In this document: positions 8,697-18,792 of the stretch, in pieces
How the letters are laid out: each line of letters begins with the position of its first letter
How positions within the stretch are numbered: the stretch's first letter is position 1
NCBI GenBank assembly: GCA_044356455.1
Contig: JBIKWF010000035.1
Location: 1 to 36,704, forward strand
DNA: 36,704 nucleotides
DNA from: Bdellovibrionota bacterium
Lineage (GTDB): Bacteria > Bdellovibrionota_C > UBA2361 > JBGSMV01
Direction of reading: 5' to 3'
Translations under genes and position numbers: made by a program
The notes under the pieces: model-generated
Seen by the model: only the letters and a program-made list of their open reading frames with translations
Database searches by the model: none
Told to the model about the DNA's origin: nothing

Positions 8697-9521
8697 ATGA
8701 TCTATCCATTAACTTACTGCCCCTCTCTACGACGTCTCCGCCTATCCCTGTTGTTCCATGCAACAGTTCTAGCCTTGAGCTCGGCTTGCCTGCTTCACCT
8801 CTTTGCCTTCGCAGCCTTAGCTCAGGAGGAAGAAGAGGCAACCTCGGGCGGGAAGTCCCAGACCGGCGAGATTAATATCGATCTCTCCGCCCCCGCTAAA
8901 CGCAAGGATTCCTACGGGGGGTACCAAGATGAGGCTATTTCATTCTTTAAGCAGCTTGCCGCTACGACCAGCAAACTCTCTTCTGGCGGCAGCGCCACGG
9001 TGTCTCCTCCCTCAGATGAGGCGATGAGCTATCTTACCGCGGTATATCTATATTGCGCCGTAAATAGCGGCACCTGTCCCTTGGTGCTCGACGCCATCCT
9101 TGAGGCGGATATAGTAAACTCAAGAAGCTCGGGAAAAGCGAGCTGCCCTACCATGAAACGCTTCTGGAATACGTGGGTCAAAAACGGCTTCGAAGACCGC
9201 CATAAGTTCATGGTGAAGACTTCACACATCAATTTGTACAGCCAATTTAATTCCCAAACTCGGCCCAAGTACCTTAAGTGCGATGAGACCGTCGCAAGCG
9301 TCCTTTCGGGCATTACCTCTTCCGAAACCTTCTTTCGCGATCGCTATCGCGCCGGATCTCCTCAGGAGAAGCTTGCGTTAAAGATGACGGCTCTTCTTGA
9401 GCAGATAAAACAAAAAGTTCCTAATCTCTTTATTGCGATGGGCGCTCAATCGAATTCCTCAGGAGCTGAAGGCGCTGCGCCTGCTAAGAAATCTGGCAGT
9501 ACCACGAAGCGCACACGCTAA
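8697..9521 (+). CDS. Hypothetical secreted protein with four Cys in the mature region
   Basis: 274-aa ORF; hydrophobic signal ending AALA-QEEE; no family recognised. Confidence 0.7.
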   Translation: MIYPLTYCPSLRRLRLSLLFHATVLALSSACLLHLFAFAALAQEEEEATSGGKSQTGEINIDLSAPAKRKDSYGGYQDEAISFFKQLAATTSKLSSGGSATVSPPSDEAMSYLTAVYLYCAVNSGTCPLVLDAILEADIVNSRSSGKASCPTMKRFWNTWVKNGFEDRHKFMVKTSHINLYSQFNSQTRPKYLKCDETVASVLSGITSSETFFRDRYRAGSPQEKLALKMTALLEQIKQKVPNLFIAMGAQSNSSGAEGAAPAKKSGSTTKRTR

Positions 9522-9554
9522 CACTTCTTTCCCCTCTACCTTTGCTTTCGTTTT

Positions 9555-11384
9555 ATGTCGCCAGCCACTCCATCACCGCTCCTTTTCGAAGTTGCCTGGG
9601 AAGTTTGTAACCAGATTGGTGGTATCTACACGGTGCTTAAGACCAAGGCACCGACCATGCTCCCTCGCTGGGGAAACAATTATTTCCTTGTTGGACCTTA
9701 TCGCCCTGAGGCCGCAAGTGTTGAGTTTGAGCCCGGCACTCCCGATGAAGCGCTGAGAAGCGCGATTCAAGAAGTAGCGAAGCTTGGGGTGAAAGTGCAC
9801 TACGGCCGGTGGCTCATCAAAGGTAAGCCTCAGGTGCTTCTGCTTGAGTATCCGGAGTGTTTCTTTAGGCTCGCTGACTATAAGTATTTCTTGTGGAAAG
9901 ATCACGGAGTCAGCACTTCGGAAAACGATCACGAGGTAAACGATTGTATTGTCTTTGGCTTTGCCGTCTTTGAATTGCTGAGGGCGGTGTCTACTGCCTA
10001 CCGCGGGCGCCCGATGGTGGCTCATTTCCATGAATGGATGGCGGGAGTTGCCATTCCTCGGCTCAAATTCTTAAGCGCGCCTATTCAGTCCGTGTTCACT
10101 ACTCACGCAACACTTCTTGGGCGCTACATAGCCTCAGATAATCCAAACTTCTATGACGTGCTCGACTCAATCGAGCCCTATGGCGCGGCGCGTCATTACA
10201 ATATTGAAACCAGGTTTTCCCTGGAGAGACTAGCAGCGCAGGCCTGTGATATCTTCACCACCATCAGTAGAGTCACCGCGCGGGAAACTGAGCGCTTCTT
10301 GGGCAGAAAGCCCGATTTCCTGCTCCCGAACGGAATTAATCTTGAGCGCTTCACCGCACTCCACGAATTTCAAAACCTGCACCTCAAGTACAAAGAACGC
10401 ATTCACGAATTCGTGATGGGCCATTTCTTTGGTTCCTACAGCTTTGAACTCGATCGAACCCTGTATTTCATTACCAGTGGTCGGTACGAGTACCGAAACA
10501 AAGGCATGGATATATTTATTGAGGCGCTTCATCGACTCAACCTGCGCCTCAAGGAGATCTTTGATCCACCCACCATAGTGGCGTTCATCATTACGAAAGC
10601 AAATGTAAAATCAGTCAATGTTGGAGCGCTCCAGCGGCACTCCATGCTCGACGATCTTAAGCATATCTGCACCGAGGTTGAAGCAGGCATCGCCAAAAAG
10701 CTTCTCTCCGTCGTGGCCACGGGAAACTTCCCTGAATATGAAGACCTCCTTCCACACGACTCTCAAGTGCGCCTCAAGCGCGCCATGCACGCGAGAAAAA
10801 CCTCACGATTACCAGCTATTGTGACTCACGATCTCGTGGATGATGGGCATGACCCCATTCTAAGGCACCTGAGACACCGACATCTTTTTAATGAGCCAAA
10901 CGATCCTGTTAAAGTTGTCTTCCACCCGCAGTTTCTCTCAGCCACCAGTCCGCTATTCAATTTAGACTACGATCAATTTGTCCGCGGATGTCATCTAGGT
11001 GTTTTCCCGAGCTACTATGAGCCATGGGGCTACACGCCCCTTGAGTGCCTCGCACTCGGCATACCAACGGTCACCAGTGACCTGACGGGATTTGGTGATT
11101 TTGCCCAAAACAATATCAGCAGCTTGCCGCAGGCTTCGCTCGCCGAGTCCTCGACGAGAGAAGGCGGCATTCGAGTCCTGCGCCGAAGTGGCGTATCCAA
11201 TGACCAATCTATAGAAGAACTGGCCGACTTCCTCTTTAAATTTGTGCAGCTCAATCGGCGAGAACGCATTGAACTAAGAAATAAAGCGGAGCGGCTTGGA
11301 GAAGAGTTCGACTGGGCAAGGCTTGCGGGCTTTTATCATAATGCTCACGTGGCAGCGCTTAAGCGACTTGGGGTGCCAGGGTAG
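9555..11384 (+). CDS. Glycogen synthase, GT3 (eukaryote-type) family
   Basis: LFEVAWEVCNQIGGIYTVLKTKA, HFHEWMAG, FTTHATLLGR, GRYEYRNKG, GCHLGVFPSYYEPWGYTPLEC (E-X7-E) and a C-terminal Arg cluster. Confidence 0.95.
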   Translation: MSPATPSPLLFEVAWEVCNQIGGIYTVLKTKAPTMLPRWGNNYFLVGPYRPEAASVEFEPGTPDEALRSAIQEVAKLGVKVHYGRWLIKGKPQVLLLEYPECFFRLADYKYFLWKDHGVSTSENDHEVNDCIVFGFAVFELLRAVSTAYRGRPMVAHFHEWMAGVAIPRLKFLSAPIQSVFTTHATLLGRYIASDNPNFYDVLDSIEPYGAARHYNIETRFSLERLAAQACDIFTTISRVTARETERFLGRKPDFLLPNGINLERFTALHEFQNLHLKYKERIHEFVMGHFFGSYSFELDRTLYFITSGRYEYRNKGMDIFIEALHRLNLRLKEIFDPPTIVAFIITKANVKSVNVGALQRHSMLDDLKHICTEVEAGIAKKLLSVVATGNFPEYEDLLPHDSQVRLKRAMHARKTSRLPAIVTHDLVDDGHDPILRHLRHRHLFNEPNDPVKVVFHPQFLSATSPLFNLDYDQFVRGCHLGVFPSYYEPWGYTPLECLALGIPTVTSDLTGFGDFAQNNISSLPQASLAESSTREGGIRVLRRSGVSNDQSIEELADFLFKFVQLNRRERIELRNKAERLGEEFDWARLAGFYHNAHVAALKRLGVPG

Positions 11385-11399
11385 GAGTCTGTCCCGTAG
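11382..11399 (+). repeat. Isolated MITE/IS-like end matching the 2412-2520 element; its TAG is the glycogen synthase stop codon
   Basis: TAGGAGTCTGTCCCGTAG versus the reverse complement of 2506-2523, TAGGAGTCTGTCCCGCAG (17/18). Confidence 0.55.
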
Positions 11400-11517
11400 C
11401 TGCAGGCTGCTTCTCCTCCGAAACGAGCGAGGCAGGTGTGATGGAAACTGCTGCCACCGTCGCAACAGCCTAAAATAACAAAACAATTTCAAGCTACCCC
11501 CAAATCAATCAAGGGGT

Positions 11518-11544
11518 TAACTTGCAGTGAGTGGCTGCCGATTA
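11518..11544 (+). promoter_or_regulatory. Putative sigma28 (FliA) promoter upstream of the HDOD-like gene
   Basis: TAAC-N15-GCCGATTA versus consensus TAAA-N15-GCCGATAA. Confidence 0.5.
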
Positions 11545-11672
11545 CTTACGCATTGGAAGAAGATTTGTGGGGATAGCTGTCTAACTTTTGGACTCCCCGC
11601 AATGGGAACTCGGGGGGGTGGAGGAAAACTCTAATCACTTAGGAGATCCTCCCACTAGTTGCTGGAGCATAC

Positions 11673-12650
11673 ATGTCCGAGTCCGAACTCTGGGAAGAGG
11701 CCCAGCGACACATTAAAAAATTGGGCTCGCTCTCCGCCCTCTTCACCACGTGTATACGCGCACTCAATGTCAACGAAGAGGAAAACCGCCGCCTTGCGAA
11801 AACAGGAATAAGTAACGCGGCACGCAAACCCCTTGATCGTCTTCTCGCGAGCCCCACGGTAGTGGCGCATCTTTATTATTTCACGAAAGAACTATACCCA
11901 CAGAGAATACCCGCAGACCCCAAAACCACCCCTGCGCAGATTGCAGAAACCTATACGCCTTCAGAGCTGGCAGTCCTACTTACGATTGCCTATCTCTACC
12001 GTATCCTTAAGCAGAAGATAGACCCTGAGCACTGGAAGCTCTTTGCTGTCCCCATGAGAAAGGCTATCGCACTGGGCGCGCTCCTTGGCACGTCCATTCC
12101 CTCCATCGGGCTTGCCCGCGGCGCACTCACAGGCTCACTTCGCTACTTCGCTTGGGGACTTTTCACCGTATCCGATAAAGAGAAAATGAAGAAGTACCGC
12201 GTCAACCTCCGCGTCAAGAAAATTGCGAGCTCGCTAGAGATGGAGCGCGAAGACTGGATGACCACCCATGCGCATGTGGGATCTCTCGTACTTCAAACGT
12301 TCGGCTTTGGCATCGAAGGAGCAGGAAGTTACCTTAATGGGCTCATCAAATCACTCGACGAAGTGAGCGAAATTGAACAAAAATTTCGCGTGACACAACT
12401 TTGGATCGATTCTCTTCTCCTGACAGGAGCGCCGCCTAAAGAATCTATTGGAGACGAGTACTCTCTCGGAGAAGGCTCAGTCGACGCGTTTGTTTCAACC
12501 GTGCATGCCATCGCGGAGGAAGACGACTACGATCGCTGGCTCGACAAATCACGCGGCGATCTCAGCTCAGAAAAAACCCCCAATCTAGACTATAACTATG
12601 ACGAGATGTTGAAGCGACATGGGGCTGCCAAATCAGCGGAGGAGGAATAG
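11673..12650 (+). CDS. Hypothetical protein, degenerate HDOD-like helical domain
   Basis: GSLRYFAWGLF and EREDWMTTHAHVGSLVLQTFGF resemble the HDOD GLLHDIG and ExxxxGxxHxxVGxxLxxxWxL segments, without the HD dyad. Confidence 0.55.
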   Translation: MSESELWEEAQRHIKKLGSLSALFTTCIRALNVNEEENRRLAKTGISNAARKPLDRLLASPTVVAHLYYFTKELYPQRIPADPKTTPAQIAETYTPSELAVLLTIAYLYRILKQKIDPEHWKLFAVPMRKAIALGALLGTSIPSIGLARGALTGSLRYFAWGLFTVSDKEKMKKYRVNLRVKKIASSLEMEREDWMTTHAHVGSLVLQTFGFGIEGAGSYLNGLIKSLDEVSEIEQKFRVTQLWIDSLLLTGAPPKESIGDEYSLGEGSVDAFVSTVHAIAEEDDYDRWLDKSRGDLSSEKTPNLDYNYDEMLKRHGAAKSAEEE

Positions 12651-12686
12651 CTTCTCCTGTCATCCGAGAGTGCGCAACCGTCCCTT

Positions 12687-14684
12687 CTATCCATTCGCCT
12701 TTTTAGTAGCCCACCCCTCAACCATGGCGATGAGTTCGCGACTGACAAAGGGCTTCGATATATAGTCGTCCATCCCGGCCTCGATACAACGCTCACGGTC
12801 GCCTGTCATGGCATTCGCAGTCATTGCCACAATAGGATGACGTTGACCCGTAACGAATTCACGCTCACGAATCGCTTGCGTCGTTTCGAATCCATTCAGA
12901 TGCGGCATCTGACAGTCCATAAGGATTACATCAAAACGAGCCCTAGATTCATCAAGAAACTTCAGTGCCTCAACGCCATTTGATGCCAGGGTCACAAGAT
13001 GTCCCCTCTTCTCGAGCACTTTTTTGGCGAGCTTTTGGTTCACCGGATTATCCTCTGCGAGAAGAATGGTAAGCGGGGGGCAGGGAGCGAGGGGCTCCAT
13101 GTTGGAGGAAGTTCGTGACGCGACGTCAGCCTGGGAGCAAGAACTCACCGCCGCCTTTATCGTAAAATAGAATGCGGATCCTGTGTCGACCTTACTCTCT
13201 ACCCAGATCTCTCCGCCCATCATTTCGACAAGGCGTCTACTAATCGCAAGCCCAAGACCTGTGCCCCCATACTTTCGGGACGTCGAGTAATCCGCCTGAG
13301 AAAACTCTTCGAAGATTGCTTGACGTTTCTCTTCACTAATCCCAATACCTGAATCAGACACCCCGAACTTTAAAACAACCTGGTCATTGTTGAGCTCTGA
13401 CACTTCAACAGAAACACCAATCGCGCCGCCCTCTGGGGTAAACTTCGTAGCATTCCCAAGAAGGTTAATGAGAACCTGTCCAATGCGCAGATGATCTGAA
13501 ACTACCGCCTCAGGGATTTTTGAATCGAGATGAGTATGAATAAGAATCGACTTTTCCGATGCTCGAATCTCCAAGAGATCAACAACTCTTTCTACAAGCC
13601 CACGAGGATCAAAAGCCTCGGGAACAATATCAAGTTTCCCGGCCTCTATTTTCGAGAAATCCAATATGTCGTTCAGAATGGTGAGGAGCGAATCCGCTGA
13701 GGTTTTTATTGTTTGGATATAGTCTCGCTGCTCTTCATCGAGCTTGGTTTCAAGGGCGAAGGCTGCCATGCCGATGATTCCATTCATCGGAGTGCGAAGC
13801 TCATGACTCATATTCGCAAGGAACTGCCCTTTCGTGTAACTCGCTTCTTCAGCAGCAGCGCGGGCTTTCTCAAGGTCCTCCGCAACCTTCCTTCGCTCTG
13901 TGATGTCCTGAAACGACCCAATCAGCCTTATACAAACCCCATTCCGAAATTCCGCGCGGCCGAGGGTGCGCACCCACAATTGGTTGCCCTTGGCCGGCAC
14001 AAAAGGCAATTCGAGGTCCCAAGGCGTCCCCTCTTGCATGGCCCGCTCAATGGCCTCAATCAGAACTGGCCTCGCTTCTGGCGCATAAAATTCTATCGCG
14101 CGCGTAATGTCCGGCTGCTGACCAACTTCAACTTCGTGAATACGAAAAACCTGCTCAGACCAGCGCGGGATCTTCTCTGGCAGGGGAACCTCCCAACCTC
14201 CAATTTTTGCCATGATAGCAGCATCGTGCACGAGCTGCTCATTTGCAGAAAGCTTATCGAGAATCCGGCGCTGCTCGGTAACATCGCGAGCGATAGCATA
14301 GGTAAGACCATTTTCGCCCATGGCAGAGGAATGCCACTCAAGAAATCGGACATCTCCTGATTTAGTAAGATAGCGATTTACGAAATTCACCACGGGCTGG
14401 CCACCCAAGAGATTCTTGAGCGCATTCTGAGTAATTGCGCGATCATCAGGATGCACAAAGTCAAAGAAACTTCTCCCCGTTACTTCAGGCAGCGTATACC
14501 CAAGCGCACGCTCCCAGGATGGATTTACTAGTCGCAATTTCCCATCTCGGTCAGCGATGCACAGCAGATCCACGGCAAGCTTAAAGAACTCGGCAAAGTG
14601 TCGTTCATTGCCGAGGTCTTCTCCTGCGAACATAGAGGCTTCGAAGGCCCCAGTGGGTGAATTTTGAGACTCAGGTTGTTTCAT
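12687..14684 (-). CDS. Cytoplasmic PAS-PAS hybrid sensor histidine kinase / response regulator
   Basis: PAS (FVHPDD), second PAS/PAC, H-box FLANMSHELRTPMNGIIG, NLLGNATKFT, DSGIG, GGTGLGL, receiver ILLAEDN...ILMDCQMP...GMDDYISKP. Confidence 0.97.
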   Translation of the reverse strand: MKQPESQNSPTGAFEASMFAGEDLGNERHFAEFFKLAVDLLCIADRDGKLRLVNPSWERALGYTLPEVTGRSFFDFVHPDDRAITQNALKNLLGGQPVVNFVNRYLTKSGDVRFLEWHSSAMGENGLTYAIARDVTEQRRILDKLSANEQLVHDAAIMAKIGGWEVPLPEKIPRWSEQVFRIHEVEVGQQPDITRAIEFYAPEARPVLIEAIERAMQEGTPWDLELPFVPAKGNQLWVRTLGRAEFRNGVCIRLIGSFQDITERRKVAEDLEKARAAAEEASYTKGQFLANMSHELRTPMNGIIGMAAFALETKLDEEQRDYIQTIKTSADSLLTILNDILDFSKIEAGKLDIVPEAFDPRGLVERVVDLLEIRASEKSILIHTHLDSKIPEAVVSDHLRIGQVLINLLGNATKFTPEGGAIGVSVEVSELNNDQVVLKFGVSDSGIGISEEKRQAIFEEFSQADYSTSRKYGGTGLGLAISRRLVEMMGGEIWVESKVDTGSAFYFTIKAAVSSCSQADVASRTSSNMEPLAPCPPLTILLAEDNPVNQKLAKKVLEKRGHLVTLASNGVEALKFLDESRARFDVILMDCQMPHLNGFETTQAIREREFVTGQRHPIVAMTANAMTGDRERCIEAGMDDYISKPFVSRELIAMVEGWATKKANG

Positions 14685-14986
14685 AAAGGGAAACTTTAAA
14701 CTTGCCCAAAGCTAATTCCGGCATGCCCCTGCTTCACTTGGGGAAGTGCACCTACACAGGAAGACCAAGAAAAAAATAGAGCTCGACGCTGACCAACAAA
14801 GTCAACAAAATTCAGTATAGGTTCTGTTTCAAAGGAATGCCAAGGGCCTGAAACGAGCTCGATGGATAGCAGGAAGCGAGCAAGGAGCATTCCCAACGCT
14901 CTGATATAAAAGAACAATTCGACGAGTAGGGATAGATCCCCGGCGAGTCAAATCCTGAGTGTTTTGAGAGTTCCCCGCATCACGGG

Positions 14987-16462
14987 TTAAAGAGCTGCTG
15001 CTACTGCTTGAGTCGAATCACGCGCCGAATTAATCCCAGAAACACGCGCCAGAACTCTATTTCTAACAAGCTCGACGCGAGACTTACGCTCTTCGCACAC
15101 TATCTTTGTAACTGAGTGATTGGGGGCCCCCACATGGCCTCGGCCCTCAAGTGCCCACTCAGGAGAAAGGGACTTCCGCAACATCTGCTCGTCGAGTTGC
15201 AGTTTTTCCCCAAATGCAGAGGCGGCTTCTTGAAGTTGTGGCAGCGTAAGCTTGGTGAGCGGGACTCCTGCGGTCATAAGCTTATCAACTGCCGTCCCCA
15301 CAATCTTATACACTCTGCGATACGGAATTCCCGTGAGCTGCGAAAGGCGATCGGCAAAGTCGGTAGTGAGTGAGTAATTCTCCTCGACCATAGACTTCAT
15401 CCGCGCAGCATCAAATTGCGTGGACTGCACCACTTGCTCTAATGAGAGAATTGCCGTCAGAATTTTTTGGCACGCAAGCGATGCATATTCCTTAACTTCG
15501 CGACTATCTCTGTTATATCCGGTGGGGAGGCCCGCAAGAATTCCCGCTATGGAAGTATACATTCCTGTGAGGTGCGCTGAAGTGGCGCGGAGCAGCTCAA
15601 TTGCATCAGGATTACGCTTCTGCGCCATGACAGAACTTCCTGTCACGGGATGCAGGCGCTGAGCAACGGCATCACCGAACTGCACCATGCGGTACTCAAA
15701 AGTCGAGTACAGCATAAGGTCTGAGGCCATACGCGTCACCACTAAGGCGACCTGCTGAAAAGCACCTACTAACGCCAGCTGAAAGACCCCGCGATTAGAG
15801 ATCGCGTCTTGGGGTATCTCCCATACGCGAGAAAAGCCAAGCAATCTCGCGCAGAGAAGTCGGTCAATCGGCCACGAAGTTCCAAAAGATTCCACCGACC
15901 CAAGAGGGCACTGGTCAAACTGGTCAAGAACGCTGAGCACAGAGTCAATTCCTCTGAGAAGCCCATCAGCGTGCGCGAGATACCAGTGGCTAAGTGCGGT
16001 AGGCTTTCCGGGCTGCATGTGCGTGTAGCCCGGCATTGGAATGCCAATGGATTGAGAGGCTTTGGTAGAAAGCTCTTGAGCTACCGAAAGTATGGCTTGG
16101 ACAATTCTGAGCGCCTGCTCCCTGAGGTAGAGCATTTCTGTAACCATTACTTGGTCATTACGGCTACGAGCCGTGTGCATGGAGAGTCCTGCCTCTTCTC
16201 CCGCATGTTTGACCACCTCACGCTCAAGAGTAAGCTGCGCGCCAAGGCCAGGGTCAATTGAGAATTCGCCCCTTTCCCAACGCGCAGAAACATCTGCAAG
16301 AGCTGCGACGATTTTCTTAGCGAGCTCGCGCCGTACGATACCCACGCTCTCAAGCATGACTACATGTGCGGTAGAACCCCACACATCGAAGGGGACCATT
16401 GCTAAATCGAGTTCGCGCTGCGTATCGGAAACAACAAGTGAAATAACTTGGTCGCTTACCAT
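14987..16462 (-). CDS. argH: Argininosuccinate lyase (divergent)
   Basis: MHTARSRNDQV, MPGYTHMQ, TGSSVMAQKRNPD, GLPTGYNRD; arg cluster context. Confidence 0.9.
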   Translation of the reverse strand: MVSDQVISLVVSDTQRELDLAMVPFDVWGSTAHVVMLESVGIVRRELAKKIVAALADVSARWERGEFSIDPGLGAQLTLEREVVKHAGEEAGLSMHTARSRNDQVMVTEMLYLREQALRIVQAILSVAQELSTKASQSIGIPMPGYTHMQPGKPTALSHWYLAHADGLLRGIDSVLSVLDQFDQCPLGSVESFGTSWPIDRLLCARLLGFSRVWEIPQDAISNRGVFQLALVGAFQQVALVVTRMASDLMLYSTFEYRMVQFGDAVAQRLHPVTGSSVMAQKRNPDAIELLRATSAHLTGMYTSIAGILAGLPTGYNRDSREVKEYASLACQKILTAILSLEQVVQSTQFDAARMKSMVEENYSLTTDFADRLSQLTGIPYRRVYKIVGTAVDKLMTAGVPLTKLTLPQLQEAASAFGEKLQLDEQMLRKSLSPEWALEGRGHVGAPNHSVTKIVCEERKSRVELVRNRVLARVSGINSARDSTQAVAAAL

Positions 16463-16475
16463 ATATTCCTAATCC

Positions 16476-16540
16476 CTTCGTGGACTCTGTGGTCTTAGTG
16501 GTTCATAAAACCAACCACTAAGATCACTAAGACCACAAAG
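16476..16540. repeat. REP-like hairpin with 9-nt periodic arms between typA and argH
   Basis: CTTCGTGGACTCTGTGGTCTTAGTGGTT ... AACCACTAAGATCACTAAGACCACAAAG. Confidence 0.75.
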
Positions 16541-16551
16541 AAGATCTCTTC

Positions 16552-18360
16552 CTAGCTACGCTTATTCGCCGGCAAAACAATCTTGCGCAGCCGAATCGTC
16601 TTTGGCGTCACTTCCACCATCTCATCGTCGCGAATGAACTCGATTGCACGCTCAAGCGTCATCGGCGTTACAGGGGTAAGAATGACGTTCTCATCGCGCC
16701 CTGCCGCACGAATATTGGTGAGTTTCTTCTCGCGGCAAATATTTACATCGAGATCATTCTCACGATTATGCTCGCCGATGATCATCCCTTCGTAAACCGG
16801 ATCCCCTGGAACTACGAACATTTGACCACGAGGCTCAAGATGGAAGATCCCGTAGGAAACCGCCACACCCTCACGATCCGCCACAAGGGAACCTGTCATG
16901 CGAGAGGGGAAATCGCCGCGATATTCCTCATACCCCATGAGGTAGGAGTTCATAATCCCCGTTCCCTTCGTGTCGGTAAGAAACTCATTACGGTAGCCAA
17001 TTAAGCCACGAGAAGGCACCGAGAACTCAACTCGCACGCGCCCCGTGCCATGATTAACCATGTTCATCATCTTACCGCGCCGCGTAGAGAGCTTCTCGGT
17101 AACCACACCGAGGAACTTTTCGTCGCAGTCAACGAAGAGATGCTCAATCGGCTCGAGCTTCTTATCTCCTTCTTGCTTGAAGATTATCTGGGGACGACCT
17201 ACAGCAAGCTCCCAGCCTTCACGCCGAATCTGCTCAATCAGAATCGCCATCTGGAACTCACCGCGCCCTTTCACAATGAAACTATCGATTTCATTGCTTG
17301 GCTCAATACGCAGCGCCACATTTTGAAGCGTCTCGCGCATGAGGCGTTCCCCTAGGCGCTTAGACTGAAGCACTTTACCTTCACGGCCCGCAAAAGGGGC
17401 CGAATTGGTCCAGAACTTCATTGAGATCGTGGGCTCGTCTACGGTGATACGCTTAAGCGCCTTCGGTTGATCGCGAGTACAAATGGTATCTCCGATCTCA
17501 ACCTCTTCAAGACCAGAGAGGATAATAATATCGCCGGGCTCTGCCGAATCAGTCTCGAAGAAGCCTGGGCCCTGATAAACCTGCAGCTTTGAAATCCTGA
17601 GAGGCTTGGGAACGCCATCCTTTCCAATGCCGACGAGATTCTCATTCCGTTTTGCACGGCCGTGAAACACACGTCCAATCGCTAACCGGCCGAGATAGTC
17701 GGAATATCCTAGGTTCGCCACGAGCATCTGAAAAGGCTGGGTAGGATCATACTTGGGACCCGGAATGCGCTCTGCTATCAAATCGAGCAGATAGGAGAGG
17801 TCCTTGCCCTTTTCCTCTAGATTCTTCTGCGCGATCCCTTCGCGCCCAATGGCATACACCACAGGGACATCGAGTTGGTCTTCCGTCGCATCAAGGTCAA
17901 TCAAGAGGTTATAAACCTCGTCGAGCACTTCCTTGGGGCGCGCGTCCTTACGGTCAATCTTATTGATTACCAGAATAATCTGAAGAGAGGCTTCCAGTGC
18001 CTTCTTAAGTACGAAACGAGTCTGAGGTAGCGGACCTTCGGAAGAATCAACAAGCAAGATGGCCCCATCCACCATGCTGAGTGCACGCTCCACTTCTCCA
18101 CCGAAATCGGAGTGACCAGGGGTATCAAGAATATTGATTTTTACATCCTTCCACTTTACCGCGCAGTTCTTGGCGGCGATGGTAATTCCACGCTCTCGCT
18201 CAAGGTCCATGCTGTCCATAACTCGGTCGCTGAACTCCTGACCTTCGCGAAAGGTACCTGCTTGGCGCAGCATGTGGTCGACCAAGGTTGTTTTACCGTG
18301 ATCTACGTGGGCGATAATCGCAATGTTGCGAATTCCCTTATTAACTTCAGAGGACGTCAT
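16552..18360 (-). CDS. typA: Translational GTPase TypA/BipA
   Basis: IRNIAIIAHVDHGKTTLVD, ERERGITI, DTPGHSDFGGEVER, NKID, KKLTNIRAAG. ATG 18360 is preceded by GGAG. Confidence 0.98.
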   Translation of the reverse strand: MTSSEVNKGIRNIAIIAHVDHGKTTLVDHMLRQAGTFREGQEFSDRVMDSMDLERERGITIAAKNCAVKWKDVKINILDTPGHSDFGGEVERALSMVDGAILLVDSSEGPLPQTRFVLKKALEASLQIILVINKIDRKDARPKEVLDEVYNLLIDLDATEDQLDVPVVYAIGREGIAQKNLEEKGKDLSYLLDLIAERIPGPKYDPTQPFQMLVANLGYSDYLGRLAIGRVFHGRAKRNENLVGIGKDGVPKPLRISKLQVYQGPGFFETDSAEPGDIIILSGLEEVEIGDTICTRDQPKALKRITVDEPTISMKFWTNSAPFAGREGKVLQSKRLGERLMRETLQNVALRIEPSNEIDSFIVKGRGEFQMAILIEQIRREGWELAVGRPQIIFKQEGDKKLEPIEHLFVDCDEKFLGVVTEKLSTRRGKMMNMVNHGTGRVRVEFSVPSRGLIGYRNEFLTDTKGTGIMNSYLMGYEEYRGDFPSRMTGSLVADREGVAVSYGIFHLEPRGQMFVVPGDPVYEGMIIGEHNRENDLDVNICREKKLTNIRAAGRDENVILTPVTPMTLERAIEFIRDDEMVEVTPKTIRLRKIVLPANKRS

Positions 18361-18481
18361 AAATTCTCCGTAGGCGCTTCTATAGTGCCATGCAGAGTAA
18401 TGAAGCTGGCCGGCATAAACAACCCTAAGGGGCCCGCATAGGGGCAATCTTTTTCATCAAATTGGCTATATTTTCGTGGGA

Positions 18482-18620
18482 TTATGTGCCCAAAGGTCCC
18501 CTACCCTCGGTCCGGCGGCCCCCTACGAGCATGCTTCGGACCCCAGAGATGAGACAAAAGCCGTTTGTGGCAGGCGCATCCCAGAGTCTTGCCCCCCCCT
18601 TTTTTCCTGCGGGCATCCAT
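18482..18620 (-). pseudogene. Relic duplicate of the argG 3' end
   Basis: 18506-18593 aligns to 20123-20210 with 14 mismatches in 88 bp. It encodes GARLWDAPATNGFCLISGVRSMLVGGRRTEGRGPLGT* versus ArgG GAKLWDGVAANGFCLISGVQSMLAGGRRSE*. Confidence 0.9.
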
Positions 18621-18792
18621 GTGGCGGTTAAGCTGCGGCTTGCAATGCATTTTCGCGGACGAAGGTAAGGGCTTCCTATTGGTCTGGTGAAGAAAAAGGC
18701 AGCAGGTGAGGGACGCGTCGTAACTCATTGCGATAACCATATCTTTCCGCAAAGTGGGTGGCACCAATGTCAATGTTATTTCCAATGTTATT

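Noticed and set aside
13713..14360. Long antisense or alternate-frame ORFs (13713-14360, 28167-28697, 31137-31730, 33336-33953 and others)
   Set aside because: Shadows of well-supported genes on the opposite strand, with no independent motifs.
14696..14917. 73-aa minus-strand ORF between argH and the kinase
   Set aside because: TTG start, no recognisable features; more likely the promoter region of the kinase.
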